Shown here: positions 56,035 through 64,000 of the stretch, in pieces | Layout: every line of letters starts with the position of its first letter | How positions within the stretch are numbered: position 1 is the stretch's first letter | Source of the DNA: a virus | IMG/VR virus record: IMGVR_UViG_3300037261_000082 | Span: 1-64,000 of that record | Length of the DNA stretch: 64,000 bases | Strand: one strand, 5' to 3' | Translations under genes and position numbers: made by a program | Notes under the pieces: model-generated | The model's input: the letters and a program-made list of their open reading frames with translations, nothing else | The model's database searches: none | Told to the model about the DNA's origin: nothing

Positions 56035-56187
56035 GGTGTTAGTCTCCTATGATTAAGCTTTTGGTGCTAGTCGTTGTAGTGAAGCTTGATGCCGGCAGCA
56101 CGGATGGCTACTGCCGGGTCGTTCTTAGGGGCTTGACCTTTTGTCGAACCATCGAACCGGGGGTGGGGTGTAGCCCGCGCTTGCCGA

Positions 56188-56229
56188 CGCGACAGCTAGA
56201 ATATGCGCTAATTCGGCAAAGTAAACAAG
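56188..56229 (-). promoter_or_regulatory. sigma70-like early promoter
   Basis: Minus strand TTGTTT-N17-CATATT or TTTACT-N16-TATTCT. Confidence 0.45.
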
Positions 56230-56268
56230 GGGTTTTGCCGGATTACCTGAAATATCTGAGGGGTGGAG

Positions 56269-56283
56269 TTAAGGCCCGATTAA
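56269..56283. promoter_or_regulatory. consensus CtrA box
   Basis: TTAA-GGCCCGA-TTAA (TTAA-N7-TTAA), intergenic. Confidence 0.55.
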
Positions 56284-56496
56284 GGGGGCCTAGTCGGGGT
56301 AGGGCTGTTTTGGGCCTAAATAAGGGGTAAACCAGGGCCTAGAGACGGCTGCAGAGACGTTTTAGGGGGTGGGGAGCCACCGCTACGCCGATAAGGGCTA
56401 AAAGCCTCTAAAAAGGCCCTTTTAGGCCGATTAGAGATAGGCCTGGTTTTATTGGGGTTTTGACGTATTACCCCCTCTAGAGCTGCCCTCGGGGGC

Positions 56497-56802
56497 CTAG
56501 CCGGGGGTAGGCTTGACGATTTTAAGGTGAGCTACCTGGGCCGGGGTGCTGGGCGTTTCTAGCCACTTAAACCAAAGGGCCATTTCAGCACGGGTGTTAA
56601 AGAAGACCGTGGATTCCGGCAGAACGTCTAGGTCAATGAGACGCATAAAGGTAGCGGGCATATCGTCCGGTCGGAACAGATAAAGAGTTGGCGTAATAAG
56701 GCTTACAATTTTGCCAGTTAGATAATGCTCGTCATCAGTTTCGAGCATGATGAATTTTCCGACAAGGCTCATGATTTTATTCCTTTGATTATGCTGGCCC
56801 AA
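56497..56802 (-). CDS. hypothetical protein (start probably 56772)
   Basis: ATGA coupling with the ProQ gene. Confidence 0.6.
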   Translation of the reverse strand: MGQHNQRNKIMSLVGKFIMLETDDEHYLTGKIVSLITPTLYLFRPDDMPATFMRLIDLDVLPESTVFFNTRAEMALWFKWLETPSTPAQVAHLKIVKPTPG

Positions 56803-57128
56803 TTTTCCTGAGTTTCTTTAGAAAGTTGTTCCATTTGTTCTTTTGCACGGGTAGCCTGGGCAGCATTCACAGAACCAACAATTTTTCCTTGAAGGCTATA
56901 CCGAGGTGCCCCTTCTAGTAGCATAGCCTTATAACTTGGTCCAGCAACATAATCTTCCAGGGCTTTCCGCAAAAGCCAGGAATTTATTTTTGGTAATTGA
57001 GCACGAATATCGTCATAGATTCCTACCTTCAACGGGCGTTTTGTAGTTCGAACCGGGCAGAAACAGTTTGGGAACCGCTCCACCAAAGACTCACGGATTT
57101 TCTGGATCTTTTTAGAGAGGTTGCTCAT
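56769..57128 (-). CDS. ProQ/FinO-family RNA chaperone
   Basis: FP.CF...PLKVGI..DI...L..AL..Y.....Y.....G..R..L.G...G.V. Confidence 0.85.
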   Translation of the reverse strand: MSNLSKKIQKIRESLVERFPNCFCPVRTTKRPLKVGIYDDIRAQLPKINSWLLRKALEDYVAGPSYKAMLLEGAPRYSLQGKIVGSVNAAQATRAKEQMEQLSKETQENWASIIKGIKS

Positions 57129-57926
57129 AGTAAAAACATACTAAGAGCTATGGGGTTTAGAAAAACTTAAAACTCACTAACAAAAAGTCGTAGTCTTTTT
57201 GCAATAGCTAGTTTAAGTTGAAAACGCCCGCAGGTTTAGCGACCCACGGGCGTTGATGACCAATCTAGGGCAGCTAGTGGTCAACTAGAAACTTGTTAGG
57301 AAATATATAACCTACCTGTTTCGGTAAAACTAGCCCTCCCCAGAACGGTGCCCACAGCCCTTTTAACTCTAACAGGGGTTTGCCATCGTTTCTAGCGACC
57401 TTAATCGCTCAGGGGACCCAGTCCTTTTAAGGACTGACCGAGTCCAGCAAACCAATAAAGGCTTAAAGAGGACGGAAGCTCTTAGTTCTTCCGAGACGAG
57501 TCGCGGCGGGGAGGAGACCCCCGACGCCCCCGACGGCTGAAAGGCAGCCCAGGGGATATCAACGTACTTGGTACTGGATAAGTTGTAATGTTCAGAAAAG
57601 TTCAATCAACTCTCGGAACAATGCTACCGACTTCAGAATCAGTGGGTGGTTGCCGCTGTGATAGCGCCGCCACATGGACCCCAGGAGAGAAATCTCCCCC
57701 AGCTTATCAAAAATTCCTCGTTCTTAAGGCAACAGCTGCGTTTGAACCACAAGGTATAGTGGAAGCAACTGTTCGCATAGAGGGAAACAGCGGGGCTGGT
57801 GTGCCCCGACAACAAAACACGGGTCCTCGTAAAACGCGACTGGCAGCTGCCTTTGATGTGAGGGTTGTAACATAACTAGGTTGCAGCTTTAGCATCTTTA
57901 CCCGTTCATCTTGGCTGTAGCTAGAG

Positions 57927-58042
57927 TTGCATTAACACTAGCACATAGGTGCTGGACCAGACGCGGGTCCTACGCCAGCCAGGGTAGCGGGGGTCTTTAT
58001 ATGGCTGCAAGGGTAGGACGGTAGTGTGCTAGTGTTATGTAA
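57927..58042. other. long inverted repeat / stem-loop upstream of gcrA
   Basis: TAACACTAGCACA (57933-57945) is the exact reverse complement of 58025-58037; extends with one bulge. Confidence 0.7.
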
Positions 58043-58094
58043 ATGAATGAAAATAGAGTATGATTGCATGTGCAGGCTTAGATAGGGTAATAGC

Positions 58095-58496
58095 ATGACC
58101 ACCTGGACGGCTGACCGCACTGAAATACTGGTTAAGTTACGAAAGAAGCACCAGCCTGTATCTGTCATGGTTGAACGTCTTGGTATTACTCGTACCGCCA
58201 TCATGGGTAAGTTGTTTCGTTTAGGACTGTCCGTGGCAAGAGTTCGCAACCCAGCACCAACCTTGACTGCACCTGAGCCACACTCTACGCGAGTAGGCAT
58301 CACTCTTTTGCAGTTGACGAGTAAAACCTGTCATTGGCCTCTGGGTGATCCCCAGCAATCCAACTTTGCCTTCTGTGGGGATGTGAGTCTAGATGGTTGC
58401 CCTTATTGTGAAGCCCACGCTAAGATTGCTTATAATAAAGGTGGGAACATAAGAGTGACGATGAAAGCTTCAGCGTATTGGAAAAAGCGGTATTAA
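58095..58496 (+). CDS. gcrA: GcrA cell-cycle regulator homologue
   Basis: WT..R...L; TR.AI.GK..RLGL; C.WP.GDP....F.FCG......PYC..H...AY. Confidence 0.92.
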   Translation: MTTWTADRTEILVKLRKKHQPVSVMVERLGITRTAIMGKLFRLGLSVARVRNPAPTLTAPEPHSTRVGITLLQLTSKTCHWPLGDPQQSNFAFCGDVSLDGCPYCEAHAKIAYNKGGNIRVTMKASAYWKKRY

Positions 58497-58546
58497 TGAA
58501 AAGCTGGGAAGTCGTATGACTAGGCATCTAAATCGGATAAACATCA

Positions 58547-59797
58547 ATGACAAAGAAAATCACCAAACTAACTACTAGCCAAGAAACTCGTCTTATCGAG
58601 TTTCGTGAGGAATGGCTAAAGATTGGGTTATGCTGTGAACCGGCGGATTTTACAACTGGCGATGAAGTCATTCGTGGTTTTTACGCGAGGCTAAAGAAGC
58701 CTTCGCCAATAATCTTGCATTTCTCATCACCAGCAATATGCGAACTGGCAGTAAACTTTATCTTTATGTTGCTTAAAGAGAAACCGAGCCAGTTGTGGAG
58801 CCAGTTGGGGAGCCAGTTGGAGAGCCAGTTGTGGAGCCAGTTGGGGAGCCAGTTGCGGAGCCAGTTGGGGAGCCAGTTGGGGAGCCAGTTGCGGAGCCAG
58901 TTGGGGAGCCAGTTGGAGAGCCAGTTGTGGAGCCAGTTGCGGAGCCAGTTGCGGAGCCAGTTGGGGAGCCAGTTGGGGAGCCAGTTGTGGAGCCAGTTGT
59001 GGAGCCAGTTGGGGAGCCAGTTGTGGAGCCAGTTGTGGAGCCAGTTGCGGAGCCAGTTGGGGAGCCAGTTGGGGAGCCAGTTGTGGAGCCAGTTGTGGAG
59101 CCAGTTGGGGAGCCAGTTGGGGAGCCAGTTGCGGAGCCAGTTGTGGAGCCCCCAGCTTTATTTTCGAAATAATAGTTTTGGCGGGCAACACTGGTGTGCC
59201 TGGGAGGCTTTTTATCTTTTTGGGCACGAAATTGGTGTAACTTATAAAGCCGAAGACATTGCGCTTCTGTTGGAATGGGCCAGACAATCACAAAGTATTG
59301 GTTGGTGGGCACCTTGGGATGGGATTTGCTTTGTGAGTGACCGTCCGCGTTTAGTTAAGTTCGATGCTGAAAAGCGTTTTCATAATGAAACCGGAAAATC
59401 CGTCGAATACTCTGATGGCTGGGGGGTTTCATCTTGGCATGGAGTGCAAGTGCCAGACGAGTGGATAGTAAAGAAGCAAGACCTTACTCCGAAGGTTGCC
59501 CTAACTTGGAAAAACATTGAGCAGCGTCGTGCGGCTTGCGAGATTATAGGTTGGGAGCGTATATTGCACGAGTTGAATGCTAAGACTATTGATAAGGACG
59601 GTGACCCAGAAATAGGTGAACTTGTAGAAGTAGAATTGCCGGAAATTGGCAAAGAGAAATTTCTACGGGTAGTATGTGGTACTAAGCGGTCTTTTGCTTT
59701 GCCAGTGCCTCCTAATATGAAAACTGCACTAGAGGCCAATGCTTGGACCTTTGGGCTTGACAAGGTAACCTTCGTTCGGCCTGAGGTTAGAACTTAA
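58547..59797 (+). CDS. DUF6745-like protein with an internal SQLx repeat
   Basis: GWW.P....C.VS.RP; H...G....Y.DG......HG..VP; N.EQRR. Confidence 0.8.
   Translation: MTKKITKLTTSQETRLIEFREEWLKIGLCCEPADFTTGDEVIRGFYARLKKPSPIILHFSSPAICELAVNFIFMLLKEKPSQLWSQLGSQLESQLWSQLGSQLRSQLGSQLGSQLRSQLGSQLESQLWSQLRSQLRSQLGSQLGSQLWSQLWSQLGSQLWSQLWSQLRSQLGSQLGSQLWSQLWSQLGSQLGSQLRSQLWSPQLYFRNNSFGGQHWCAWEAFYLFGHEIGVTYKAEDIALLLEWARQSQSIGWWAPWDGICFVSDRPRLVKFDAEKRFHNETGKSVEYSDGWGVSSWHGVQVPDEWIVKKQDLTPKVALTWKNIEQRRAACEIIGWERILHELNAKTIDKDGDPEIGELVEVELPEIGKEKFLRVVCGTKRSFALPVPPNMKTALEANAWTFGLDKVTFVRPEVRT
58787..59146 (+). repeat. 30 x 12-bp tandem repeat AGCCAGTTG(TGG/GGG/CGG/GAG)
   Basis: Read directly; 9 bp invariant, last codon W x10, G x12, R x6, E x2. 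Confidence 0.97.
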
Positions 59798-59822
59798 CTC
59801 TTGCTTGGAGAAAGTATCCCCG

Positions 59823-60161
59823 ATGAAAACCTTTAAGAACTTTTGCGCGCAGGGTGATATCTACATTCGTCGTGTAGATAAATTGCCAACAGAAGCAATT
59901 GCTGTTAAGGCAGAGAATGGCCAGGTAACTGTTACCCATTCGGAAACTGGGCATCACCACGTGATGGACGCGACTACAGTTACAATGTACCGGCTGCCAA
60001 ACTCAATCATGGACTGCTTGCTTGTGGTAGATCAGCCAACGGCTCTTGAGCATTTGCGGGAGTTTGATCAGCACGAGCCTATCATGTTTGACAAGGGTAT
60101 CTACCATGTCCGTCGCCAGCAGGAACACACACCTGAAGGATTGCGGCGGGTAGAAGACTAG
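59823..60161 (+). CDS. QGD / HSETGHHH protein, probable partner of the DUF6745-like protein
   Basis: AQGD...HSETGHHH...L.H....H.......G.Y..RRQ.E. Confidence 0.75.
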   Translation: MKTFKNFCAQGDIYIRRVDKLPTEAIAVKAENGQVTVTHSETGHHHVMDATTVTMYRLPNSIMDCLLVVDQPTALEHLREFDQHEPIMFDKGIYHVRRQQEHTPEGLRRVED

Positions 60162-60168
60162 CTGTCTT

Positions 60169-60648
60169 ATGAGGGGCAATGCTGACCTAACTTTGGTGCT
60201 TAAGCATCTGCCAAAGCTAGGTAGACTTGATCTCGAAAAAGTTCGCCAGCGGACGGTCTTCTTGTTGGGAGTAGCCGCGCCTAAAGGAAATCCTTCTGAA
60301 CAGGATTGGTTGTTAGACGGCATAACAAGTGAGTTGCGACGACGTGGGTTGTGGTCCCGTTCTCCTGTTCCTAAGAAGTTGTTGCCTGAAGGTTTTGCTG
60401 AGAAGTCTGTTGTTGTTAGGGAGCATCTATTGAAGGGCTTGACTAAGCCTAACCCGCGCCCGGCAGAGCGTATGGCGTTAGGGGCACTCGCGGCAGCTGC
60501 ACTAGCAGATTATCTGACGAAGGTGCAAGTGCCTGTTGGGCCGAAGACTTTGCTAAACAATATTGAGAAGGTACCGCTTGCGTTAGAAGAATCATTTCCC
60601 GGCTACTGGGCACAAAAGTTACTGGGTTTCTGCGTGAAAGTGAGTTAG
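60169..60648 (+). CDS. hypothetical replication-module protein
   Basis: ORF directly upstream of DnaB. Confidence 0.65.
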   Translation: MRGNADLTLVLKHLPKLGRLDLEKVRQRTVFLLGVAAPKGNPSEQDWLLDGITSELRRRGLWSRSPVPKKLLPEGFAEKSVVVREHLLKGLTKPNPRPAERMALGALAAAALADYLTKVQVPVGPKTLLNNIEKVPLALEESFPGYWAQKLLGFCVKVS

Positions 60649-60651
60649 GTC

Positions 60652-62082
60652 TTGGCGGGCGAGGAACCACTCACAGAGTCCCTACAGGAAGCCATTCTGG
60701 CTGTCTTGGCGTTTGACGCTAAGCACGGAGCACTTATAGCAACTCAGGTTGCTCCTGAACACTTTTCAGGACAGTACCATGAAATTGCTGGGCCGGTATT
60801 AGAGTACCGCAAGAAGTATGGCAAGCCCCCAGGCCACGCTCACCTAGAGCATATATTCTCCCGTTCGAAGCTAGACCCGGCCGACCGCAGAACGGCGGCG
60901 CTGCGGCGTACCTTAGTCAATTTGTCTTCCCAGGCCGAAGCCCTCAATGCTGAATACATCGTCTCTCGGGTACAGGACTTCGTACGGTCGCAGAAGCTAA
61001 TCTCAGCCCTTCTGGCAGCCAATGACCGGGCGGTGCAGGGTGGCGAGGGGATGGCAACGGACGTGGAGGGTATTCTCCACACGGCGCTGCGTTACCGCCA
61101 GACTACTTTAGACGCTGGTACATTCTTAAATCAGATAGAAAAGTCTGCACTATTTTCTCCTCGTGCTGAGGAAACTTATGCATTAGGTATTCCAGAACTA
61201 GATCGTTTGGGCATAGGTCCTGCTGCTAAACGGTTGATGCTTTACATTGCTCCGAAAAATACGGGGAAGTCATGGGCATGTGTTCATGTAGGGCGTCAGT
61301 GCCTTCTACAAAAAGCCAAGGTGGTGCATATTTCACTTGAAATGTCAGAACGAGAGGTTTTGGGAAGATATTATCAAAATTTCTTCAGCATTGCTACGCG
61401 GTCTGATCCCTATACCAAAGCAACTCTAGAGTTTGATGAGTTAGAAAGGTTGACTGGCTTTAAGGTGCGGCGCAGTAAGCCTAAGCTAGATTTTGGTGAT
61501 CCAGGTATTCGAAAGTTCCTTCGCAATAAAGTGAGCTCCTGGGGAACACGCTTTAAGCGCCTTGTTATCAAAGAGTACCCATCAGGCACTCTCACGATTG
61601 ATGCTTTACGGGGCTACCTAGACTACCTAGAGTTGGTAGAGAAATTCATACCCAACGTGCTGATTGTGGATTATGGGGATTTGTTTGCTATAAAATCAAC
61701 TGACTACCGTCTTGCGCTGGGGCGAATATTTGTGGATTTGCGAGGTTTAGCTTCTGAGCGTAATCTAGCTGTGGTTGTGCCTACGCAATCAGGGCGTTCG
61801 AGCATAGGAGCGAAGCGGGTTAATAGCGCCAATGTAACAGAGGATATTAGCAAAGTCTTTACTTCCGACTTAGTAATAGCATATAGTCAAACAAATGCAG
61901 AGGAGAAGTTGGGGTTAGCGCGGTTATCAGTAGAACATGCTAGAAATGCTCCTAGGGGGTCAGTAATTCTAATTTCTCAATCTTATAGTACTGGCCAATT
62001 TGTGTTAGAGTCTGCTGCTTTGACTAGCAACGCATATTGGGAAAAGTTACGTGAGGTCACAGGAGATGATGGTGAGGGCTAA
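60652..62082 (+). CDS. dnaB: DnaB-like replicative helicase
   Basis: APKNTGKS, SLEMS, LIVDY.D, PTQ..R. Confidence 0.88.
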   Translation: MAGEEPLTESLQEAILAVLAFDAKHGALIATQVAPEHFSGQYHEIAGPVLEYRKKYGKPPGHAHLEHIFSRSKLDPADRRTAALRRTLVNLSSQAEALNAEYIVSRVQDFVRSQKLISALLAANDRAVQGGEGMATDVEGILHTALRYRQTTLDAGTFLNQIEKSALFSPRAEETYALGIPELDRLGIGPAAKRLMLYIAPKNTGKSWACVHVGRQCLLQKAKVVHISLEMSEREVLGRYYQNFFSIATRSDPYTKATLEFDELERLTGFKVRRSKPKLDFGDPGIRKFLRNKVSSWGTRFKRLVIKEYPSGTLTIDALRGYLDYLELVEKFIPNVLIVDYGDLFAIKSTDYRLALGRIFVDLRGLASERNLAVVVPTQSGRSSIGAKRVNSANVTEDISKVFTSDLVIAYSQTNAEEKLGLARLSVEHARNAPRGSVILISQSYSTGQFVLESAALTSNAYWEKLREVTGDDGEG

Positions 62083-62635
62083 TCCCGATAAATCTTTGAA
62101 ACGTAGGCGGTCGCTACGCACGCAATATATGGGGCATAAACAGCGAGCTATTCGCAGTGGTATTGGATTTGATATGACTTTTGAGGAATGGTCCAATATT
62201 TGGGTTGATTCAGGGCATTGGGAGGAGCGTGGTGTGCGTAAAGGTCAATATGTAATGGCTCGCACAAAAGATCAGGGGCCTTACAAGGTTGGTAACGTTC
62301 GGATTTGTACGGTTGAAGAGAATAGAGCAGAACAAACTGCAAATATTCGTCCAGAAACGCGCGCAAAAATAAGCAAGTCTTTGTTAAATAACAAACGTAC
62401 GGTTGGTAATAAAAATCACTTAGGTTGCTCGCAGCCGCAATCTGCTAAAGATGCAATAAGCAGGAAAAATCGAGGTCGGGTGTTGAGTGATAAGACTAAG
62501 GCTAGAATGAGTAAAGCTAAGAAAAATAACATTTATCGTTTAGGTACAACACAGTCTTTGGAGACTAGAGCTAAAATGCGTGCGGCTCAAACTAGGAGAC
62601 GCTTACGAGAGAAAGGGTTTTATTTGCTGTATTAG
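62051..62635 (+). CDS. HNH-like homing endonuclease with NUMOD3 repeats (start may be about 62069)
   Basis: F.MTFEEW; MAR..D.GPY..GNV.I.T..EN; ETRAK repeats. Confidence 0.82.
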   Translation: MRSQEMMVRANPDKSLKRRRSLRTQYMGHKQRAIRSGIGFDMTFEEWSNIWVDSGHWEERGVRKGQYVMARTKDQGPYKVGNVRICTVEENRAEQTANIRPETRAKISKSLLNNKRTVGNKNHLGCSQPQSAKDAISRKNRGRVLSDKTKARMSKAKKNNIYRLGTTQSLETRAKMRAAQTRRRLREKGFYLLY

Positions 62636-62666
62636 GCAACGGTATGGTTTGGTAGGGAGACTAATC

Positions 62667-63335
62667 ATGGGCGCACGAAATGAATGTGTTGAGGCAGTTT
62701 TACTAGAACTAGAACGCTTTGGTTTGAAGGGCGAAGTCAGTGCCCTCGCTAAGCATATGGAGATTGCTTGGCATTATCCTGATGGTACAAGACGTATTCA
62801 GATAGTTCCAGCTACTCCGTCAGACCATCGTGCTGCATTAAACTCTCGTGGCGACGTGCGGCGACAGTTGCGTGCTGATAACGTACAGAAGCCTGAGCGC
62901 CCGGTTGTTAGCTTAGGCAAGGCATTACAGCTGCCCAGCCCTAATGATTTTGCGGCTAATAGATTGGCGCGGCTAGAGAAGGATGTTGAGGGTTTGCTAG
63001 ACTTAGTTGTGGAGTTAACTTCTCAACTAGCAGAAACGCAGGCGCGATTGAGCAACGCGCGAGTGATAACGACTTTGAGCTTTGAGGCTCAGCCTGTAAT
63101 GGTTCCTGTTGAAACCCCTGCGGTGCCTCATCGTAAAGGTTCTCGTCAGGAAGGGATAATGTCTGCGTTGAGTAATGGTCAGTGGCGTTATCGCAATGAT
63201 ATTGCGGAAGAGGTTAAGGCTGACGTAAAGCTGGTGAGTGCCTGCCTAAGTAATCTTCGAGCAAAGGGCTTAGTTGAGAACGGTCTGCGCGGTTTGTGGC
63301 GCAAGGTGCCCGAACTTAGGGTGGCAGCGCAATGA
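62667..63335 (+). CDS. HicA-like N-domain, coiled coil, winged-helix protein
   Basis: KH...W...P.TPSD.RA..N.R...RR; C-terminal IA......VS..LS.L...GLV.....G.W. Confidence 0.6.
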   Translation: MGARNECVEAVLLELERFGLKGEVSALAKHMEIAWHYPDGTRRIQIVPATPSDHRAALNSRGDVRRQLRADNVQKPERPVVSLGKALQLPSPNDFAANRLARLEKDVEGLLDLVVELTSQLAETQARLSNARVITTLSFEAQPVMVPVETPAVPHRKGSRQEGIMSALSNGQWRYRNDIAEEVKADVKLVSACLSNLRAKGLVENGLRGLWRKVPELRVAAQ

Positions 63336-63604
63336 AACTTAGAACCGGGCGTAGCACTTACCCTCTCCCTAAGCATAGTCAAATTTTGTTGGTGCTTATT
63401 GAGGGGAATCAGAAGCACAATCAGGGAATAGACTTTGCGTTACGGCCGATAAGTCTTTCAGATATGGATGAGGTTAGTAAGCAGAAAATTAGGGCTATTC
63501 CTACCGTTTTTACAATAATTCATGGCAGGATTGAGTTTTGGCCAGTTCCTTCTAAACCTTACAAGGTGCGGGTGCGTTACGTTCCACCAATAATGGAATG
63601 CTAA
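63332..63604 (+). CDS. small protein resembling the adaptor beta-domain
   Basis: PIS..D...PT.F....IEFWPVP..Y similar to 12438-13115. Confidence 0.6.
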   Translation: MKLRTGRSTYPLPKHSQILLVLIEGNQKHNQGIDFALRPISLSDMDEVSKQKIRAIPTVFTIIHGRIEFWPVPSKPYKVRVRYVPPIMEC

Positions 63605-64000
63605 GTGATTCCTAGCTCAGCTGTAAACAACTATCTCAGACGACAGCTTGACGGCCACCTTTGGGTGAAGCAGTTGACGGCTAAGCAGCTAGATGCTGCT
63701 ATTGCTCAATTACAGCCCCCACCAAAATTAAACCCGCGTCTTCGGCTCCATCAAAAGGGGTGCTTTCTTATTGGGGTAGCTCAGCCAAAATTCTGCTTTT
63801 TTCTCGATATGGGAACTGGGAAAACATTACTCACTCTTGAGTTGTTGCGTTACTGGTTTCAGGTTGGCTTGATAAAGCGAGCATTGATTTTCGTGACATC
63901 AGATAAAGCCTTTCCTACTTGGGAGAAGCAACTGATTGAGTTTGGTATTAAGTTACCAATTACAGCATTGGCTGGGTCGTCAGAACAGAAGTGGCAGCAG
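63605..64000 (+). CDS. SNF2/SF2 helicase, 5' part (runs off the window)
   Basis: Read manually from GTG 63605: LRLHQ...FLDMGTGKT...RALI. Confidence 0.85.
   Translation, partial: MIPSSAVNNYLRRQLDGHLWVKQLTAKQLDAAIAQLQPPPKLNPRLRLHQKGCFLIGVAQPKFCFFLDMGTGKTLLTLELLRYWFQVGLIKRALIFVTSDKAFPTWEKQLIEFGIKLPITALAGSSEQKWQQ

Noticed and set aside
56049-56330. 93-aa + strand ORF, and ORF 57588-57875
   Set aside because: They overlap promoter/RBS or hairpin elements, have no clear RBS or motif, and 56049 opposes the local gene direction
58787-59146. CRISPR array or DGR variable region
   Set aside because: Units are contiguous 12-mers without spacers; no cas or RT gene, no template repeat, and variation is not adenine-specific
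58727-59312. Alternative-frame ORFs (LAPQ, GSPT and EPVG repeats)
   Set aside because: They are open only because the repeat lacks stops; only the SQLx frame joins conserved flanks
1-64000. tRNA genes, integrase/att sites, portal and terminase
   Set aside because: None recognised by eye; portal and terminase probably lie outside the window, and tRNAscan would be needed to exclude tRNAs

Overview
The whole window is part of a dsDNA tailed-phage genome, probably podovirus-like. The host is probably alphaproteobacterial (Rhizobiales-like), inferred from a GcrA homologue, a CtrA-like DNA-binding domain and a CtrA box. Positions 1-46.5 kb are a rightward late block: small regulators, GroES-like protein, scaffold, two paralogous decoration proteins, major capsid protein, adaptors, a six-gene sugar-modification cassette, tail fibre and nozzle genes, GNAT, two very large internal (ejected) proteins, lysis genes and two secreted wall hydrolases. 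Positions 46.6-57.1 kb are a leftward early block: Rad50/Mre11-like pair, RuvC, VWA-metallopeptidase, AAA ATPase and ProQ/FinO. From 58.1 kb a rightward block holds GcrA, a DUF6745-like tandem-repeat protein, DnaB and a partial SNF2 helicase. Four free-standing homing endonucleases are present. No portal, terminase, integrase, tRNA, CRISPR or reverse transcriptase was seen. Most notable: (1) a [RFYML]-x-x-G-G tag repeated about 27 times in six late proteins, often at module boundaries, suggesting a double-glycine processing or packaging system; (2) a C-methylated-sugar and glycosyltransferase cassette within the virion genes; (3) coupled stand-alone CtrA-like and GcrA-like domains; (4) a repeat-flanked insert with three Tat-signal proteins, one resembling the capsid N-terminus; (5) a gene-32-like pseudoknot competing with an RBS-blocking hairpin. 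All family names come from motif recognition, not database searches.
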